The notes beneath the pieces were generated by a model. The model worked only from the letters and a program-made list of their open reading frames with translations, was not told the DNA's origin and searched no databases. A DNA stretch of 63,912 nucleotides, filler included, from Reclinomonas americana ATCC 50394 (Eukaryota): assembly GCA_048213135.1 (NCBI GenBank). It is 17 parts of 17 records of this genome, joined end to end, with 100 filler letters (N's around TTAATTAATTAA, not from the genome) between each part and the next. Parts side by side here need not be neighbours in the genome. Positions count along the whole stretch, not along the records: positions 1 to 13,969 come from AFZH01023567.1; positions 14,070 to 17,475 come from AFZH01023569.1; 15 more parts are not named here. One strand, given 5' to 3'. Position numbers and translations under genes: made by a program. Below, piece after piece: positions 1-14,389 of this stretch. Positions within the stretch are counted from its first letter, which is position 1. The number at the start of each line of letters is the position of its first letter.

Positions 1-266
1 TGTGTGTCTGTCTGGAAATTGGCGCAGTGGTTGGTTATGATGATGAGTGTGAGTCTGTGTGTGTTTGAGAGAGGGAGAGAGGTGAGTGTGTGTGCGTCAG
101 AGAGAGAAAGCGTGTGTGCACTGCGGATGCACGTGAATTGACAGTCGCGATCTTGATCATTCGCTCATTTGTTTCTGTTGACTGTCGCTCACTCGCACAC
201 TCTCTCTCACACACACTCTCACTCTCACGCACACACTCTGCCTCTCTCTCTCTCGCACACACTCTG

Positions 267-299
<33 letters not shown>

Positions 300-1003
300 C
301 TCTCAATTTGCGCTTGTTTCGCACAACCGCATCTCGCAACTGCTGATACTCATGCTCTCACTGACTCCTTTATGTTCCTCCTTCGCGCGCTTCTATCGCC
401 TATCTCACTCTCTGTTCCTCTTGTTTGGTTGCGTCTTTGTTCCTATGCGTTCAGCTTCTCCAATATCCCTCGCCGATTTGTTTCTGCGCTCCTTCGCTTC
501 GCTGGTGTCTTGAGTCTCACCACCCATGGCACCTCTTTGTGACCTGCCTCTTTCTTTCTGCTCCGCTGACCCCAGGCGACCCTTGTGTATGTCGCGCTGT
601 CGAGCTCTTTCTTTCACTTGCATCTCGTCCATTCTCGTCCACGAACTTTATGCCTCGTACTCTTTGCCATCTATGCTCGGTCGTCTTGGCGAGCCATTGT
701 TGCATCTGTGCATCTCGACTTCCTGTGCTCTTCTCAACGATGACTCGCGTCTGTGTCCTCGGCCCTCATTTTCCCGTGAGACATCTGTTCGCACCATCCG
801 TATTCTCTGCTCGTTTTCTCTTTCCCGCGCGCACGTGCCATCACCATCCTACACTAGTATTTCATCACCATTCCGAGCTCCCGCCGTGCGCGTCGCGCCG
901 CGGGTGCGATTGCACTCGGGTGGGTCACCGCTGAGTCGCAAGCACGCCAGCAAACAAGAGGAGGAATCATTCGTGCCACTCATCATTATTGTTTCTCCCG
1001 CAG

Positions 1004-3353
1004 GGCAAACGTGTTTTTCCTGCTCGGCAGGTGCGTCTTTCCCCACTCTCCCGCTCCCCCTCTCTCATGCGCCACTCACCGCTCATTCCATGTGCTCTCT
1101 CGCAGTGTCATGTTGCGTCGCCTGCCGCCTGCTTTGCGTGTTGGTGGCCAAGCTCTCCTCATATTTCGCTCAGGTACGTATGTTCGGCCGTCATGTGGCG
1201 CACCTGCCCCGAGGACAATGATGACTGCTACGCCGGCGCTGGTGAGTTGCTCGTGGAAAGAGAATGTTTGTTGGACGCTGCTCACCTGCTGCTGTGACCG
1301 CAGAGCAAATCGACTTGTGGGCCGCTGTCGCTTTCATTCTTGGTGAGATTCGTTCCCATGATGTGACCTTTGCATCTTATTGTGCTCATCCTCGTTGCTT
1401 TTCGTGAAGATGCCGCGCTGTACCTGGTTCGTTGATGTCGCGAGGTATTGTGCTTCCGAAATCGGCTGTGCTTACACTTTGTATCGATCTGCAGGTCGAT
1501 TGGCTGCGTGCCAAGCGCCTCGGCGAAGTGGTTTCGTAGCTGTCCCATGCCAGCAGCAGCCTAGTTACTGTGTCCCTCACTCCCTCGCATGCAGGGTCTG
1601 TACGGTGGCCCGACTGCCACCACGCAGGTCGGCCTTTGCTGCGAGCACTTTGACTGGTATGCTTGGCGACGGATCTCGTCATCCCTCTTCCTCCTCCTTC
1701 GTTTATTGACGTCTCTGCGTGTGCGTACAGGGTCTTCTGGTCGAACGCCACCTTTATGTTTGGCAGTCTCGGATACTTTGCACTGGCCCTTCTGGTCGTG
1801 TACAAGGTGGAGAATGAGTTGCGTGACGCGCGCATCGAGTGTGTCCTCCAGGCGCCTGCCATTTCTCAAGTCGTTGTTACGATTCAGCAATCTCTCGTTC
1901 TGGGTCGACTTTATGTCGTCACACACGTTCCTCTTCTCCGCCGGCTTTTCACTAATGTCGTGGTACTTTTTCCGTCGTTCGGTGCGGTTCTGCCTTGGCT
2001 TGTCGCCTGTGTGTCACGACGATGTCTCATGCCGTGTGTGCACAGGAACGCGTGCATGCGTCGCCGCGCCAGCTCTCGCTGTTCTCTTGCTCCAATATGG
2101 ATTGGAGTGGCTGGGGTGCGTGGGGATGTGCATTCCTTCTTGCTTGCTCTTGGTTTGTGCTCACTTTCGTTCCCGACTCGCAGGCGACTGGCTCTTTATT
2201 GTGGGCAGCATTTGCTACGCGGCGGTGAGTCTTGCAGCGTGTCATTTAGCAGGCGGTGATACGGGCCTCATCCGTTATTCTTCGAACAGGGCACATACGT
2301 TTGCGGCGGCATCATACCCGAGGATTGGGAATGGCCGTCGCACACGTGCTCCGATTTGATGCTGATTGGCGCGGCGCTGTTCATTGTGGACTCGTTGTGC
2401 TACTTTGCCGCTCATGTTGCTGGTGAGGGTGGGAGAGAGAAGAAGGGAAAGGGTGGGGAAGAGTGAAGGGGAAAGGCGGAGGGTCGAGAGTAACGGATGA
2501 GGGAGTGGGAGAGATTGAGGAAGTACAGAGCATGAGAGCAAGAGAGACAAAGGAGAGGCTGCAAAGGAAACGCAAGGGAAGGGAAAACGTGGCGGAAGAT
2601 CGAGGTAGAGAATGGCAAAAGCGTGAGAGGAACGGGTGCGGGAGTGAGTGAGAGAGATAGAGCGAGAGAGACAAGAGAGAGTAATTTGGGCGCGACAAAC
2701 GGGAGTGAAGAGCGAGCGGCACAGGAGCGAGAGTAACGAATGTGTTAGGAAGAGAGTAACTGAGGAAAGAAGAGAAAGAATATTACGAGAGAGACAGAAG
2801 AGAGTAACTTGGGCGCGACAAACGAGAGTTAAAGGGTTGGTGTGAGGAACAGATGCGTGTGTGTGTTGGGGAGAGAGGGAACTGAGCCCAACGGCTGCGG
2901 AAATGAAAGGGAAGAGAGAGTGTGGGAGAATACGTGAGCAACAGAGGGAAAGTGAGAGTCAAGAAAGACCTGAGCGTTTCGGATGAGGCGGGATGGAAAG
3001 CGGGGTATTTGTGCTGAGGATTGAAGAAGCGATTGAAAAGAGGAAGCGGCGGAGAGTGAAGGCTGAGTGCCACTTTGACGAGATGATTTGTGAGCGAGTC
3101 TGTGCGCTTGTGGCATCATCCTTTCCGTGAGCCTATCCCTTGTCCCCCACTCATGGAATCGCCCGTCGCAGATCGTCGCTACGCCCGCCGCGTCGAAGCC
3201 GGCCGCACAAACTCTGAAGAGGGCTCCGTGCGGTCATCCGTGCCGGGCTCCAATCCAGAGAGCATGACACGCAATCGCGCGCCGCAGGTGCTGAATTCGT
3301 CAATCACCGAGGACGATCACCCGCTCTTTGGCAGCATGCCGCGCAGCCGCTGA
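1004..3353 (+). CDS. Multi-exon polytopic membrane protein with three F-x-x-GS-x-x-Y repeats (YrhK-like); 5' end not resolved
   Basis: Spliced exons read ANVFFLLGSVMYVCSA, HFDWVFWSNATFMFGSLGYF, MDWSGWGDWLFIVGSICYAA and AALFIVDSLCYF. Introns are GT-AG. The last exon ends HPLFGSMPRSR-TGA at 3351-3353. Confidence 0.65.
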
Positions 3354-4724
3354 CACCACCATTGCTCTTTTTAACTTTTTCTCATTGCGTTGTCTCTGCC
3401 TTCCTGAGTTGGTGTATCATAATTATTATTGTAGGCGTGAGCGAAGTGTATGTCCATGACACCGCCGACATATCTTGACACGGACAGGGATGGAGGACGG
3501 TGACTGATCTTCTGTAAAGTTATGGCGAGTCGAATTTCAGTACTTTTTTGGTGGCTTTAGCGAGAGCGCAGACTCGCCATGTTGGAGACTGGCCAGGAAG
3601 GCCATGATGTGGAGGTAAGTGGATGGTGTGGCACTTGGATGAGCGCGTGCCTCATGTTCCCTGTGTTTGCGCAGCTTCTGAAGCGTGAGGGCGTCACGCT
3701 CGCTGCCTCGCACACACCGCAAGTCATAGACGCCATGCTGAAGGCAATGGAGACTGCCTTGCGACGCGCTCGCGAATCGTGCGTCGTGTGCACTGGATCG
3801 GTGGCTGTCGGCGACAAGCTCGCCGCCATTCTGACCACGGGCATGTGGGGTGGCGATGATGATGATGACGAGGACTACGAGTACTTCCCGCAGGCACGGC
3901 GGTGACTATCGCCGACCACTGCTGCGTTTTCACCAGGTGAGTGTGGGCGTGCACGCTGCTCTGCCTGAACCCAGAACCGATAATCATCCTTCTGCTCATC
4001 GCCAGGCACGACGTGTGCATTCAGCCGGACCAATCGCTGCGCCACTATTTCTGCGGTGCTCTGCGGCAGACATTGGCCAGCGCGGTGACCCCTTCATCCC
4101 CGACGGATTTGTCGTGTCGTTCGGGGAAGTGGACGTCGGTGACGGCTCGTCGTCGGATGAGAGTGTCGACCAGGTGTCTTGCTCTCCGAATAGAGGAAGC
4201 CAGCAGATGTGAATCGACAAGGAGAGGACACAATCGGCAGGAAGTCCACGACTTTGTGTTCTGTTACCCTGAAGTCAGGCTCTCTTGTGTCGCGCCGGGG
4301 TGAAGCGCACAAGGATGAGGAGGACTACAAGGGTGAAGAACAAGCACCAAGAGTCAGGGAGAGAGCAGAGGTTCAATATCGATACAAAAATCGAACAAAC
4401 ACGAATGTCGTCTCGGTTTTGACCACAAGAATCCTCAGATGGCACCTTCTGATCCCCCCACTACAAGCGTAGTAACAAGGAATGAGCATGGTGTTAACCA
4501 ATGACGAGAATTTCCACGAACCAATGTCCGCGACGGAACAAACGAACATATAACCGTAAAACCGTAAAATTGGTTTGTTGATTGAGTACAGGAGCACAGA
4601 CACACGCACGCACTTTGTTGCCTGGTGTGAGACATTCCACGCACACAAAGTGGCACACACACACACACACACAGCGTGTGCGCGTGTTGCTTTTGTAATG
4701 CTTGGGCGTTGTCGTCCCGGGACG

Positions 4725-6105
4725 ATGATGCGTTGTGTGGGAAATGACGAGAGAAGATATCGTTGGTCGCGCACACGGAGGAAAGGCGGCGTTGGCGCGT
4801 TGTCGGTGGAGAGTGTTGTGTGCTATGTCATGTTGATAAGCATGCTCACTGCGGTGGCGTGTGATGCGTTGAGAGGTGAGGAGAAGAAGACAGAGGAGAG
4901 AGAGAGAGAGAGAGAGCAAGATTGAGAGACGCACGCAGACACGCAGAGACTCCTGTGCACTCTGCGATGTGTGTGTGTGAGAGAAAGAGAGAGAAGTCCG
5001 AGTGTGTGCATGTGTGTGCCAGTAAGCCAGTGCCTCTCTCTCGATTTGTAAAACAACTCTTCCCGTCTATCTTCTCTCTCTCCTCTCTCCTCCTTCCTCC
5101 CTCTTCCCCTCTTCCCGTCCTCTCTTCCTCCCTCTGTGTGTGCCCGCGCGTGCGTGTTTAAGAACGACATGCAAGATTCAGCGGTTTCTCCGACACTGAC
5201 CCTTCTTCTATCACTCAGGCGATGCTGTGTACGAGGACGCACGTGTATCAGTGGAAGAACACGAAACCAATGTCACTGAAGGGCGCGCGCTGACCTTGTC
5301 CTGCCCAGGTCAGTTCCTTCTCAATTTCACATCTCCGTTCGCCCTTATTTCTCACTCACTTGTCTCGATCGCAGATGATACACATGTGTTTGTGAATCAC
5401 GCACTGTGGCTCAATGGTGACGCGGTGGTGGCGGATGGGACACGACTGCTGCGCTTGTGGTGCCACGCGGAGCCGTGGACGTCGGAGTGCCGAGAGCGCG
5501 CGGATCTTGCACGTTTCCAGCTGCCTACGACGTCGACGTCGACCTTGCTGCAGCTGTCGGTGCGGTACTCATGTCTACCGGCGATCGATGAGCGGCAGTG
5601 GATGGTGGCGCGCATCAATCGCTCATGGGAGGTCGACGATGTGAGCGTGCCGAGGGAGGTCGTCGCCTGCGACGACTATGTAATGTCGATGACGTGTCCG
5701 CCCGGTATGCACGTCGAGGTCACCGAGGCGTGGTACGAGAGTGAGCGAGACCGTATGTGTCCGCCGCGATCGGGACCGGCCGCCGCCGGAGCCACGTCGG
5801 CGACCTGCTCTGCCGCGCCCCGCAATGTGACTCAGCGCGTGCAAGACGAGTGCGGGAGCACGATGATGTGGGGACAGCGAGTACCGGTGCAGCGGCCTTC
5901 GTGTTGGGTGAGTCGAGAAAAAGAAGGCATCCTCCCCTACGTATGTGCTTTCTATCACTCACTCTTTTGTGTATAGATTCTTGCCGACCAGGAGTCGCTG
6001 TTGCCGGAAGCGTCCGCCGACGATGCATGTCAGCCACCCGCGGGCCAGTATCTGCGTGCTCGCTATCGTTGTCGCCACAGCAGCAGCGGTAGTGGCGCCT
6101 ACTGA
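4725..6105 (+). CDS. Secreted protein with tandem SUEL/rhamnose-binding-type lectin domains (4 exons)
   Basis: Hydrophobic first exon. Motifs EGRALTLSCP...VRYSC and VACDDYVMSMTCPPGMHVEVTEAWY...C...VTQRVQDEC...DDAC...QYLRARYRC match the SUEL cysteine pattern. Stop TGA at 6103-6105. Confidence 0.75.
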
Positions 6106-6242
6106 ATGCGTAATATCATGAATAGTTGTAGTAGTACCCTAGTCGTAACACGTATAATGAACCTTTTTTCGAAACACTAATGTTTATCATCATTACAGTC
6201 ACCAGTTCAGTTCGCAGCAGAACTGGGAGAACGCAAAAAAAA

Positions 6243-7222
6243 TTAGGAGCCGTGCGGCGCTCGCATCGACGTTGGGGAGATGGAGACGGCACGGGCGGCC
6301 ATGGAGGCCGGTGGGGACAGTGCCGATCGCGAGAGCACGGCATTGAGTCGGGCACGCGACGAGGACGCGGCCAGTATTTTCGGCATGACGAGAGAGCTGG
6401 GGGCGGCGGCCGGCATGGCGGGCGGCGACGACACGGAGTTGGAGAGTGTGCCTCCTGGTGTTGACTGCTGCTGCTGCTGCGGGGGCGAGCCGCTGCTCAG
6501 CGGGCTCACCGCACCGGCATACGAGGCGGGCGAAGGCGACGGTGAGCGGTCGCCGCGGGCGTTGCGAATGAGTGCCGACGAAGGGTCGGTGGCGCGGAAC
6601 ACGGAGCCGCCCACGTTCAGTGAGAGGCCCGACAGGTCGGGTTGTGGGGAGGTCGTGTGGTGCGTGGCAGATAGGGCGCTGGGTGAGCCGTGTACTGCAC
6701 GTCCGCGGAGTGGTCGGTCCTACATAGGGAAAGGGGGGTGAGAGGCGAAGCGAGGGAAGAGGGGACTGAGGAGAGAAAATATGAGAATGGAAAGAGGAGT
6801 TTAGAGGGAGAAGATTGTGTGAAAAGAGACTGCAGACGAATACGCATCGCAGGCTCAGTAGGCGGATCATGAAGTGGAGGGAACAAGCAAACAAAAATAC
6901 GCAGGGAAACTTGAAGAAGGACGGAAAGGATGAGAGAGTGAATGACAGAGAAGAGCACACAATTCAACAATGAGTCGACCAGTGCACAACATCAATGATG
7001 TGTGTGAGTTACAGAGAGATAGATGGAGGGGACAAGAAAGCGAGAGGAGGGAGAGAAAGAACATTAAATAACAAAAAATTACGAAAGCAACAATCGACAG
7101 AGCGACAGACAGAAAGGAAGAAGCAAGAGCGACGCAAGGAAGAAGAGAAAGAAGTGAAAGAAGAGAGAGAAGAAGAAGAGAATGAGAGTGGGACGGGAGT
7201 CAAGAAGAAAGCAGGTGGAGAG

Positions 7223-7279
<57 letters not shown>

Positions 7280-10200
7280 ACAGAGAGAGACAGAGAGAGA
7301 GTAGAGAGAGAAAGACGACAGATGTTCTCGAGTAGCTGGTCGAATGACGAGCGGTGAAATCACACACCTCAGCGACAGTTCGACCCTCCAACATGGCATC
7401 CGGTGACTGCACAGCATAATGCAAGTGAGAAACATGGCCTTTAGCACCCCCATCTCTCCATTCCCCATCCACTCACCAAATGAAGCGACGAAGCAACGTG
7501 ACGCCACGAAGAGCGTCCTCTCGTGTCAGGCACAATGTTCGGTTCGGGAGAGGCGTCGGGCGTGCTTCTGTCGGATTCTCTCAAGTTAGCTCGACATCAC
7601 AGAAGCCTACATGAGTCGTGCTGCTCACCGCTTGTTCAGCTCCGATGGCGACAGAGAAAAGGCGTTGATGGTGTTCGGTGAGCGTGACGAGCCGACGATT
7701 GGCGGCAACGTGGACGACGACGTGGATTTCGGTGTGTACGGCGCCGAGCCGTGGCTTGTGGGTGACACAGATGATGCCCGTGCTGCCGCCGCCGCCGCTG
7801 CCGCTGTTGCATGCTGCTGTTGGTGGTGATCTTCATCGCCTCTGGACAAGAGACTGAAACCGGTCACCGCCGGGCCATTGTGGCGCGATGCCGAACTGAT
7901 AATGTGCTGCGGTGGTGGAAGGGGAAGATGAGAACGCAACACAAACGGGTAGTCTCCCGCTCACGAACAACAAACACACGACTATTTCACAAATGGCACA
8001 ATTCAGAACAAAGACAGAAGCAGAACATGATTACTCGCACTCACTCCTTGCCTCACGCATCCGCATGGCGAAACAAACACTCGCTATCCGGAAACAAAGC
8101 ACAAACAAAAAAACACACACGCAGACATAAACTACCTCCCTCACGCCTCGACTCACACATTCGCACACGAGTTAACACGTACACTCACTCACTGGCACAC
8201 ACTGTTCCTTTCTCCCTCACACACACTTGCCCGCAAAACACAAGCACGCACACATGCACATGTCCAACGCACAAACACGATGACTCTCTCCCTCATTCCT
8301 CGAATCACACATTCGTACGAGTCAGACCATACACACACTCACTGACACACGCTGTTACTTTCCCGCACAAGTAAACACACATACATGAACAAACCGACTT
8401 ACATACTCGCACGGGTTGGAACATACACACTAGCACATACTCTGTCACTTCGCACATGCATGACCCACAGAAACACTAACTCACAAAACACAAGCACACG
8501 CTCCCTCACCACCCGCACAGAAGACGGTTCGTTTTCGATTGCTCCCTCCCTCTCTTCCCTTCTCATTCCCTCCACCCACCTGCAGCGATCCAGTGCGCCA
8601 CAGCGTATCCTGCTTACCAGCACGCTCACTGGCGGCGGTCGACGCGGCCGTGTGCACGTGAGCGCGCGACGCCATCACCGCTTCCATGGCATGCAGTGGC
8701 GGCAGTGCGGGGGCACCACCGACGACCGTCTCCTCCGAATCGACAAACGTGCTGTGGCTGCGCGGTAACCTGTACGCGGCGGCGCGATCGCTGACCACGT
8801 CGGCAGCCACCGGGCCCACCGACACGGTGCGCGTCTTCCGTGCCAACTCTTGCACCACGAGATCGTCGAGCTCCGAACCGCGCTCCTCCTCCGTATCCGA
8901 CGAAACCGTGCTGGCCACGGCACTCGAGTAGCCACTGTGCGACGACATCGGTGCGTGCTCGTGGAGCTGCGGCAGCTGTAGCATGTTTCCGGCGTCGGTC
9001 AGCGCCGTGGCCGTCAGAGGGTGCGAGTTGCGCTGCTCGGCTTGTGATACTGGCTGTGCTGCACGCTGCGCTGTCGCTGCGCCAGCCGTCGCAATCGTCA
9101 CTGGAGAAGCCGCCGAGGGTGACACGGCGGTGGCAGCAGCGGCGGCGGTGGCGGCAGTGACACGGGCACCGGCGACCGGCGACGAGGCCCCCTCAGCAAA
9201 GGTGACCTTGTGATGCTTGCTGTCGATTCCCGTGGGTGTTTGTGACGCGGCGGCGGCGGCGGCGGCGGCGGCAGCAGCAGCAGCAGCAACAGAGGGACTG
9301 GCCACTTGCGACAGGCCACGGGCCGGGGAAGGGGAGCGCACAACATCGCGACCCTGTGGCACACCGAGATGCACCAGCGTCATGCGGCGCGGTTTACGAG
9401 ACGCCGGTGCGTCGGCAGACGACGAATGTGTTGTGTGCTGATGCGGAACGACCGGCGGCGACGAGGATGACGAATGCATCGGTGTTGTGCGCGTTGGTGC
9501 CGCCACCACCTCGTATCTATCCTGCTTCCGAATGGTGCTCTCCAACATCGCCACGTCCACATCGGCGCTGAGGTCCGAAGCCCGGCCCACGTCACTCGCC
9601 CCGTCTCCCACCGAGTCCTCGGCAGCGGTGCCACTGCGCGACGATGAGAACACTAGTGCACACAACGGTATGGAGGGAGAGAAAACGCACATGAGCATTG
9701 CGCCGAGGCGCGCCTTCACCACGGTACTGGTGAGAATGCCATCGGTGCGCGGTCCCGTCGAGACGGCCATTGCGGTGGCCAGTGTCTGCGGCGGCTGCAC
9801 CTTGTCTTGCAGGTTCTCCCACCACTCGGCGAGCGAGAACTCCACGCAGGTTGGGGCGGCAGCAGCGACCGCACCAGCACCAGCTGCGCGTGTGAGAGTG
9901 AGACCATAGAGGCAAATGAATGGGAGAGGGGGAACTAATGCGCACCAGCGGCATCGCCGCTTGGTGGAGAGCCGTTCGACGCGGCAGAGGATGCGGTAGC
10001 GGCGTGTGCGGCTGCGCGCCAGAGTGATGGGCGGACACTGGGGATGATGGTGACGACGCGTGATGGGCCGCTGGATTCGTGGTCCCAGTCCTCAGTGGCC
10101 TGTAGGAGGGGAAGGAGAAGAAGGGCAAGGGGGATGGTGAGGGGACAGGGAAGGAGAAAAGCGGAAGAGAAAGAGAGGCGGTGAAGACTGCAATAGAAGG

Positions 10201-13200
10201 GAGGCAGGATGGCGGGGAATGGGAAGAGGGTGAGAATGAGAGACGCAAGAGAAAAGAGGGACGGAGGAGAGAATGAAGACTGGAAGGAGTAGGAAGTGGT
10301 GGGGGAATGAGCGACAAAAGAATGCAGAATGAGGAGGAAGTGAAGATGCAAGGTAAAGAATGAGTGACGGCGAAGAATGAAAGGAGAGAGAAGAGGGCAA
10401 CGGAAACCGAGAAATGCAAAGAGGGGGTGGGAAAATGAGCGACAAAAGAATGCAGAAAGAAGAGGAAGTGAGGAAGGAAAGTGCAGAGTGACGGCGAAGA
10501 ATGAAGGAGTGAGGCAACGGAAACCGAGAAATGTACAGGGAAGAATGAAGAGGAGAAGGGGTACGGCGAAAGATGAGCGACGAGAGAGCACAGAGTGAAG
10601 AAGAAGGAAAGAGAAGTGGGTGACAGAGAAGGGGTGAGAAAAATGAGATTGCGAGGATCCGCAATACAGGACCAGAGAGGGAGAGGGAAAGAAAGGAATA
10701 GCATGCAGTGAGGTGGAACATGAATGACGAAAGAGCGCATTGTGACGAGAAAAGAGAGAGGCACGGAAGAGAAGTATGTGACAGAGAAGGAGAGGGTGAG
10801 GTGCAAGAAAAGGAAGAGAGAGAGAGAGAAAGAGAGAGGCGACAGGATCCCAGACACTAAAGAGTATAAGACAGGGAGGCGGAAAGCACAGATAAGGCGA
10901 AGTTGAAAAGCACGCGCGCTGCAAATCACCAAGTGCGTCACTCACCGGCGTCGAGTTCACCGTGGCGCGACTGAGACGTCCAATTCCATTAACAGCCGCA
11001 CCACCACCACCACCACTGCCGTTTCCAACACCACTGAGTCCGGAGGCTGGCCGGTCGGCACCACTGTCGGCCACGGCCAACCGAGGTGGACGGGCGTTGC
11101 CGCGTGCGACCTTGGAGGACGACAGGCTCGACGCAGCGTCGCCACGCAGTCGGCTTACCACGGGCAAGTCGAGTCCGCCGACCACAAAGGCCAACATGCG
11201 AAAGTCTTGTGTGACAAGGAAAAACGAAAAGTCGGTGCGCCGTGGCGCGCAGTTGCATGCAGCAGCCCACTCGATCACATCGCGCTCTGCATTGTGAGTG
11301 AGAGAGTCGCAAACAAGAGCGGAGGAGAGAGGAACACGCACCTTCATCCCATACATAAAAGTGCGACGTTTCTCGCAAATCGGTAGAGTACAACAAGACC
11401 GCGCCCGGTAATCTGGCGAGGCCATACAACGGGAGAGGGTGCGAGATGCTCTCGTCGAGGGTCAGCGTGCTCCATCTCAGCGTCTCTGGAGCGGGGAGGA
11501 ATAAGGGAAAGGGAGGAGGGAAGAGAGGGCACGGTGGAAGGAAACGAGGAGGAACAAAGCAAGATGGGAAGAAGAAGACATGACAGGCACGATACGAGGT
11601 CGAGAAAGAAGACTGCGACGAACTAGAAGGTGAAAGTCGGATGAGGAGAGGCTAACAAAGACAAGAAAGGCGGTATAGCCGCAATGAACGAGACGGAAAA
11701 GAACGAGAGGCCGACAGACTTCAGCTGTAGAAACAGCGCGAGACTGTGTGAAGAGAAGCACAGACAGCGACGAGAATGTGAATGCAACGTGAGGGAAGAG
11801 AAGCAACACGAGGTGCAAAGGACGGAAGCGATAAGTGGCAGTGAGGTCGGAATCTCCTTTACGCAACCCAAATCCAATCGGTATGCCGCGTCGGCTTCGC
11901 CCGCGTGCTCCGCTCCCACCACAATTACAAACAAGCTGAAGCCCGCCACACACATCTGTACACGATCGGCGGGCGGCGGCGCGGAACCAAAGGTGCGCAC
12001 GAGAGACCACTCGTCGGATTCTGCAGGGCAGAGTGCATCAGCAAAGAGGCCTCTCGTATGCTGCTGCGTGACGCTAGCTCACCAAAATCATACTCTAACA
12101 AGTCGGTGGAGCGTCCATTCGCCGTGACGCCACCGTACAAATACACAGCTGTGGTGGGGGGAAGCGGAAAGGGAGGAGGAGGAGGAGGAGGGAGACAAGG
12201 AGAGGAGGAAAGAAAAAGGCAGAAGGAGGAGGAGGGAGGTGAGAAAAGACAGAAACAATTAGAAAGCGAGAGAGACAGTGGGAGATGGGGAAGGAGGGGG
12301 AGACGAGCGAGGCAGGGAGGGAGTGACACAATGAGGGAGCAAGAGGGAAACAGTGAGTGGAGAAGGAGGAAAGGAGAAGGCGGAGGAAGAAGAGAAAAAG
12401 AGGAATACGAGGACAAGAAGAAAAAGATGGAGAAAAGGGAGGTATGAAGAGAAAAAGAGGAACACGAGGACAAGAAGAAGAAGGAGAAGAAGAGGGAGGT
12501 GGGAAGAGAGGACGAAGATGAGAAAATGAGGAATACCAGGACAAGAACACGAAGAAGAGAAATGGGGAGGAAGAAAGACACACAAAACAATTACGAGAAC
12601 AGAGATGCAGGGGAAACACACAAACACAATCATACATGTGAGACTCAAGATTGCCATGACAGCAACGATGCATCCACAATGGCACGCAACAAAGACCCAT
12701 CGCCGCCATTGCCGCCCCCTTGCGTGCCAGTGACACGCCGCTGGGCACACCACCTCGTATTCTGAGCCGATTGACTTGCGCACGCAGCGCAATTCGTGCG
12801 GGTCCACCACCACCACCACCAGAGGGAGTCAATAATGCGATGGGACTACCGGTCACTGGACTCGACAGATCCGTGTCGATCGGGCTCACGCGCGACCGAC
12901 CCAGCGGCTGTGCGTATCTCGGCAGACCCACAGAGGAGGCCGCAAAGGCCCCCGCCCCTGCCGGACTGCTGCCACTGGCCATGGACGCCGCCGACATGGG
13001 CGAGTTGACAAACAGGCCGCTGCCGCGTCGATTACCAAACACAGATGCGGCCGCCAGCGCCGACGGTGAGTTTGCGGCAGGTGATTGCCCGCCGCCGCTG
13101 CCAGCAGCTGCGGATGGCGTCGGCGGCAGCATATGTGAGCCCGCTCGCCGTCGCATCGATGACGGGCTGCGGTTGTGATGATCCACTGCGCCAACACGAC

Positions 13201-13610
13201 TTTAGACACTCTTCTCGCCTGTTGTGCAAGAAACACTCACCGCGAATCTCGTCCTCCCTCAGCTCCACGTAGAACAGCTCGTCGCTGAGCACGTTCTTTT
13301 GCACCTCGCCGCCAAACACCAAGAAACCGTCGCCGAATGCACACATGCAATGGAACATGCTGTGAGCGTGTTCGAGTGAGAAGTGAGAACTGAAGAAAGC
13401 AGCGTGGAGAGAATAGGCGCACCGCACGCCTAGGTAATCGCCGACACTTTGTGCGCCGCGCCAGCATTGTTGTTGTTGTTGTTGTTGTTGTGAGTCGGAT
13501 CCTGGGTCGATGAGGCAAGGAGATGAGGCAAGGCGAAAGGGGCAAGGATGCATGGTGGTACAAACCGTCGCGAAGTTCCAGCGCGTACAAGTCGGGCAGC
13601 ATGGTGACTT
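6243..13610 (-). CDS. Large multi-exon kelch-repeat protein with long low-complexity S/P/A-rich regions; 5' end beyond contig
   Basis: Kelch-like exons HSMFHCMCAFGDGFLVFGGEVQKNVLSDELFYVEL, AVYLYGGVTANG, WSLVRTFGSAPPP...AYRLDL and LPDLYALEL are separated by long pyrimidine-rich introns. Probable last exon ends at the 6243 stop. Exon chain only partly resolved. Confidence 0.6.
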
Positions 13611-13920
13611 GGCGAGTGAGAGATGTCACTGCGAAGGGGAAGATATATGAATGGTTAATGATGTGAAAAAGAGAGGGGGGGAGAAGGGAGGGGAGAGAGG
13701 AGCGAGAACGGGAGTGAGAGTGGGGAAGGAGCACCACGAGTTGCACAGAATGCCTTTCAAGGTAAAGATGTTTGGGGAGAGAGGAGACTGAGTGAGAAGG
13801 CACACTCTGAGACACAGATGTGAGTCGCACGGGAGCACAATGCACGTTAAGTGTGAGCACAAAGGCAAGGGAAGAGCGAAACGGAACGCACTCACAGAAA
13901 GACGTCGGTGAGAAGAAAGA

Positions 13921-13969
<49 letters not shown>

Positions 13970-14069
13970 NNNNNNNNNNNNNNNNNNNNNNNNNNNNNNN
14001 NNNNNNNNNNNNNTTAATTAATTAANNNNNNNNNNNNNNNNNNNNNNNNNNNNNNNNNNNNNNNNNNNN
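13970..14069. other. Artificial contig spacer N44-TTAATTAATTAA-N44 (first of 16)
   Basis: Identical 100-nt spacers with six-frame stops start at 13970, 17476, 21880, 23800, 29060, 33944, 36357, 38877, 41713, 44309, 46474, 47684, 48835, 50398, 55758 and 62718. Confidence 0.99.
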
Positions 14070-14389
14070 GTCCTGCATCGGATTCGCCACTCTCGCATGA
14101 AGAGAACGGAGCGTGTGATTCACGGCATGAGAGGACTGACGGACTTGTAACAAGGCAAGCGTGGTCATGGAAGCACAATATTAATATTAATAATTCCGAA
14201 CACTTGAAAGCAGATTGCAATGTCCTGCCTCATCTCTCCTGGAACTTTCTCATGCCGACGCCGTGCCCGGCACACTCCGTCCCCCAATCGAGTCCGTCTC
14301 GACGCAGGACAGACAACAACTCGACAACTCGTCAACTTTGGATCCGAATCCGGCTCCCTCACCGATCTCGTTCTCTTTCTCTTCACACC

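Noticed and set aside
4468..4482. GTAGTAACAAGG resembling the SSU rRNA 3' motif
   Set aside because: Short imperfect match with no flanking rRNA sequence.
9592..11425. 449-aa and 496-aa S/L/F/P-rich ORFs, and similar ORFs at 46603-48890, 50442-51607 and 55343-55813
   Set aside because: Read-through of stop-poor purine/pyrimidine simple repeats in introns.
14014..14025. TTAATTAATTAA motif recurring 16 times
   Set aside because: Artificial six-frame-stop spacer within N runs, not biological.
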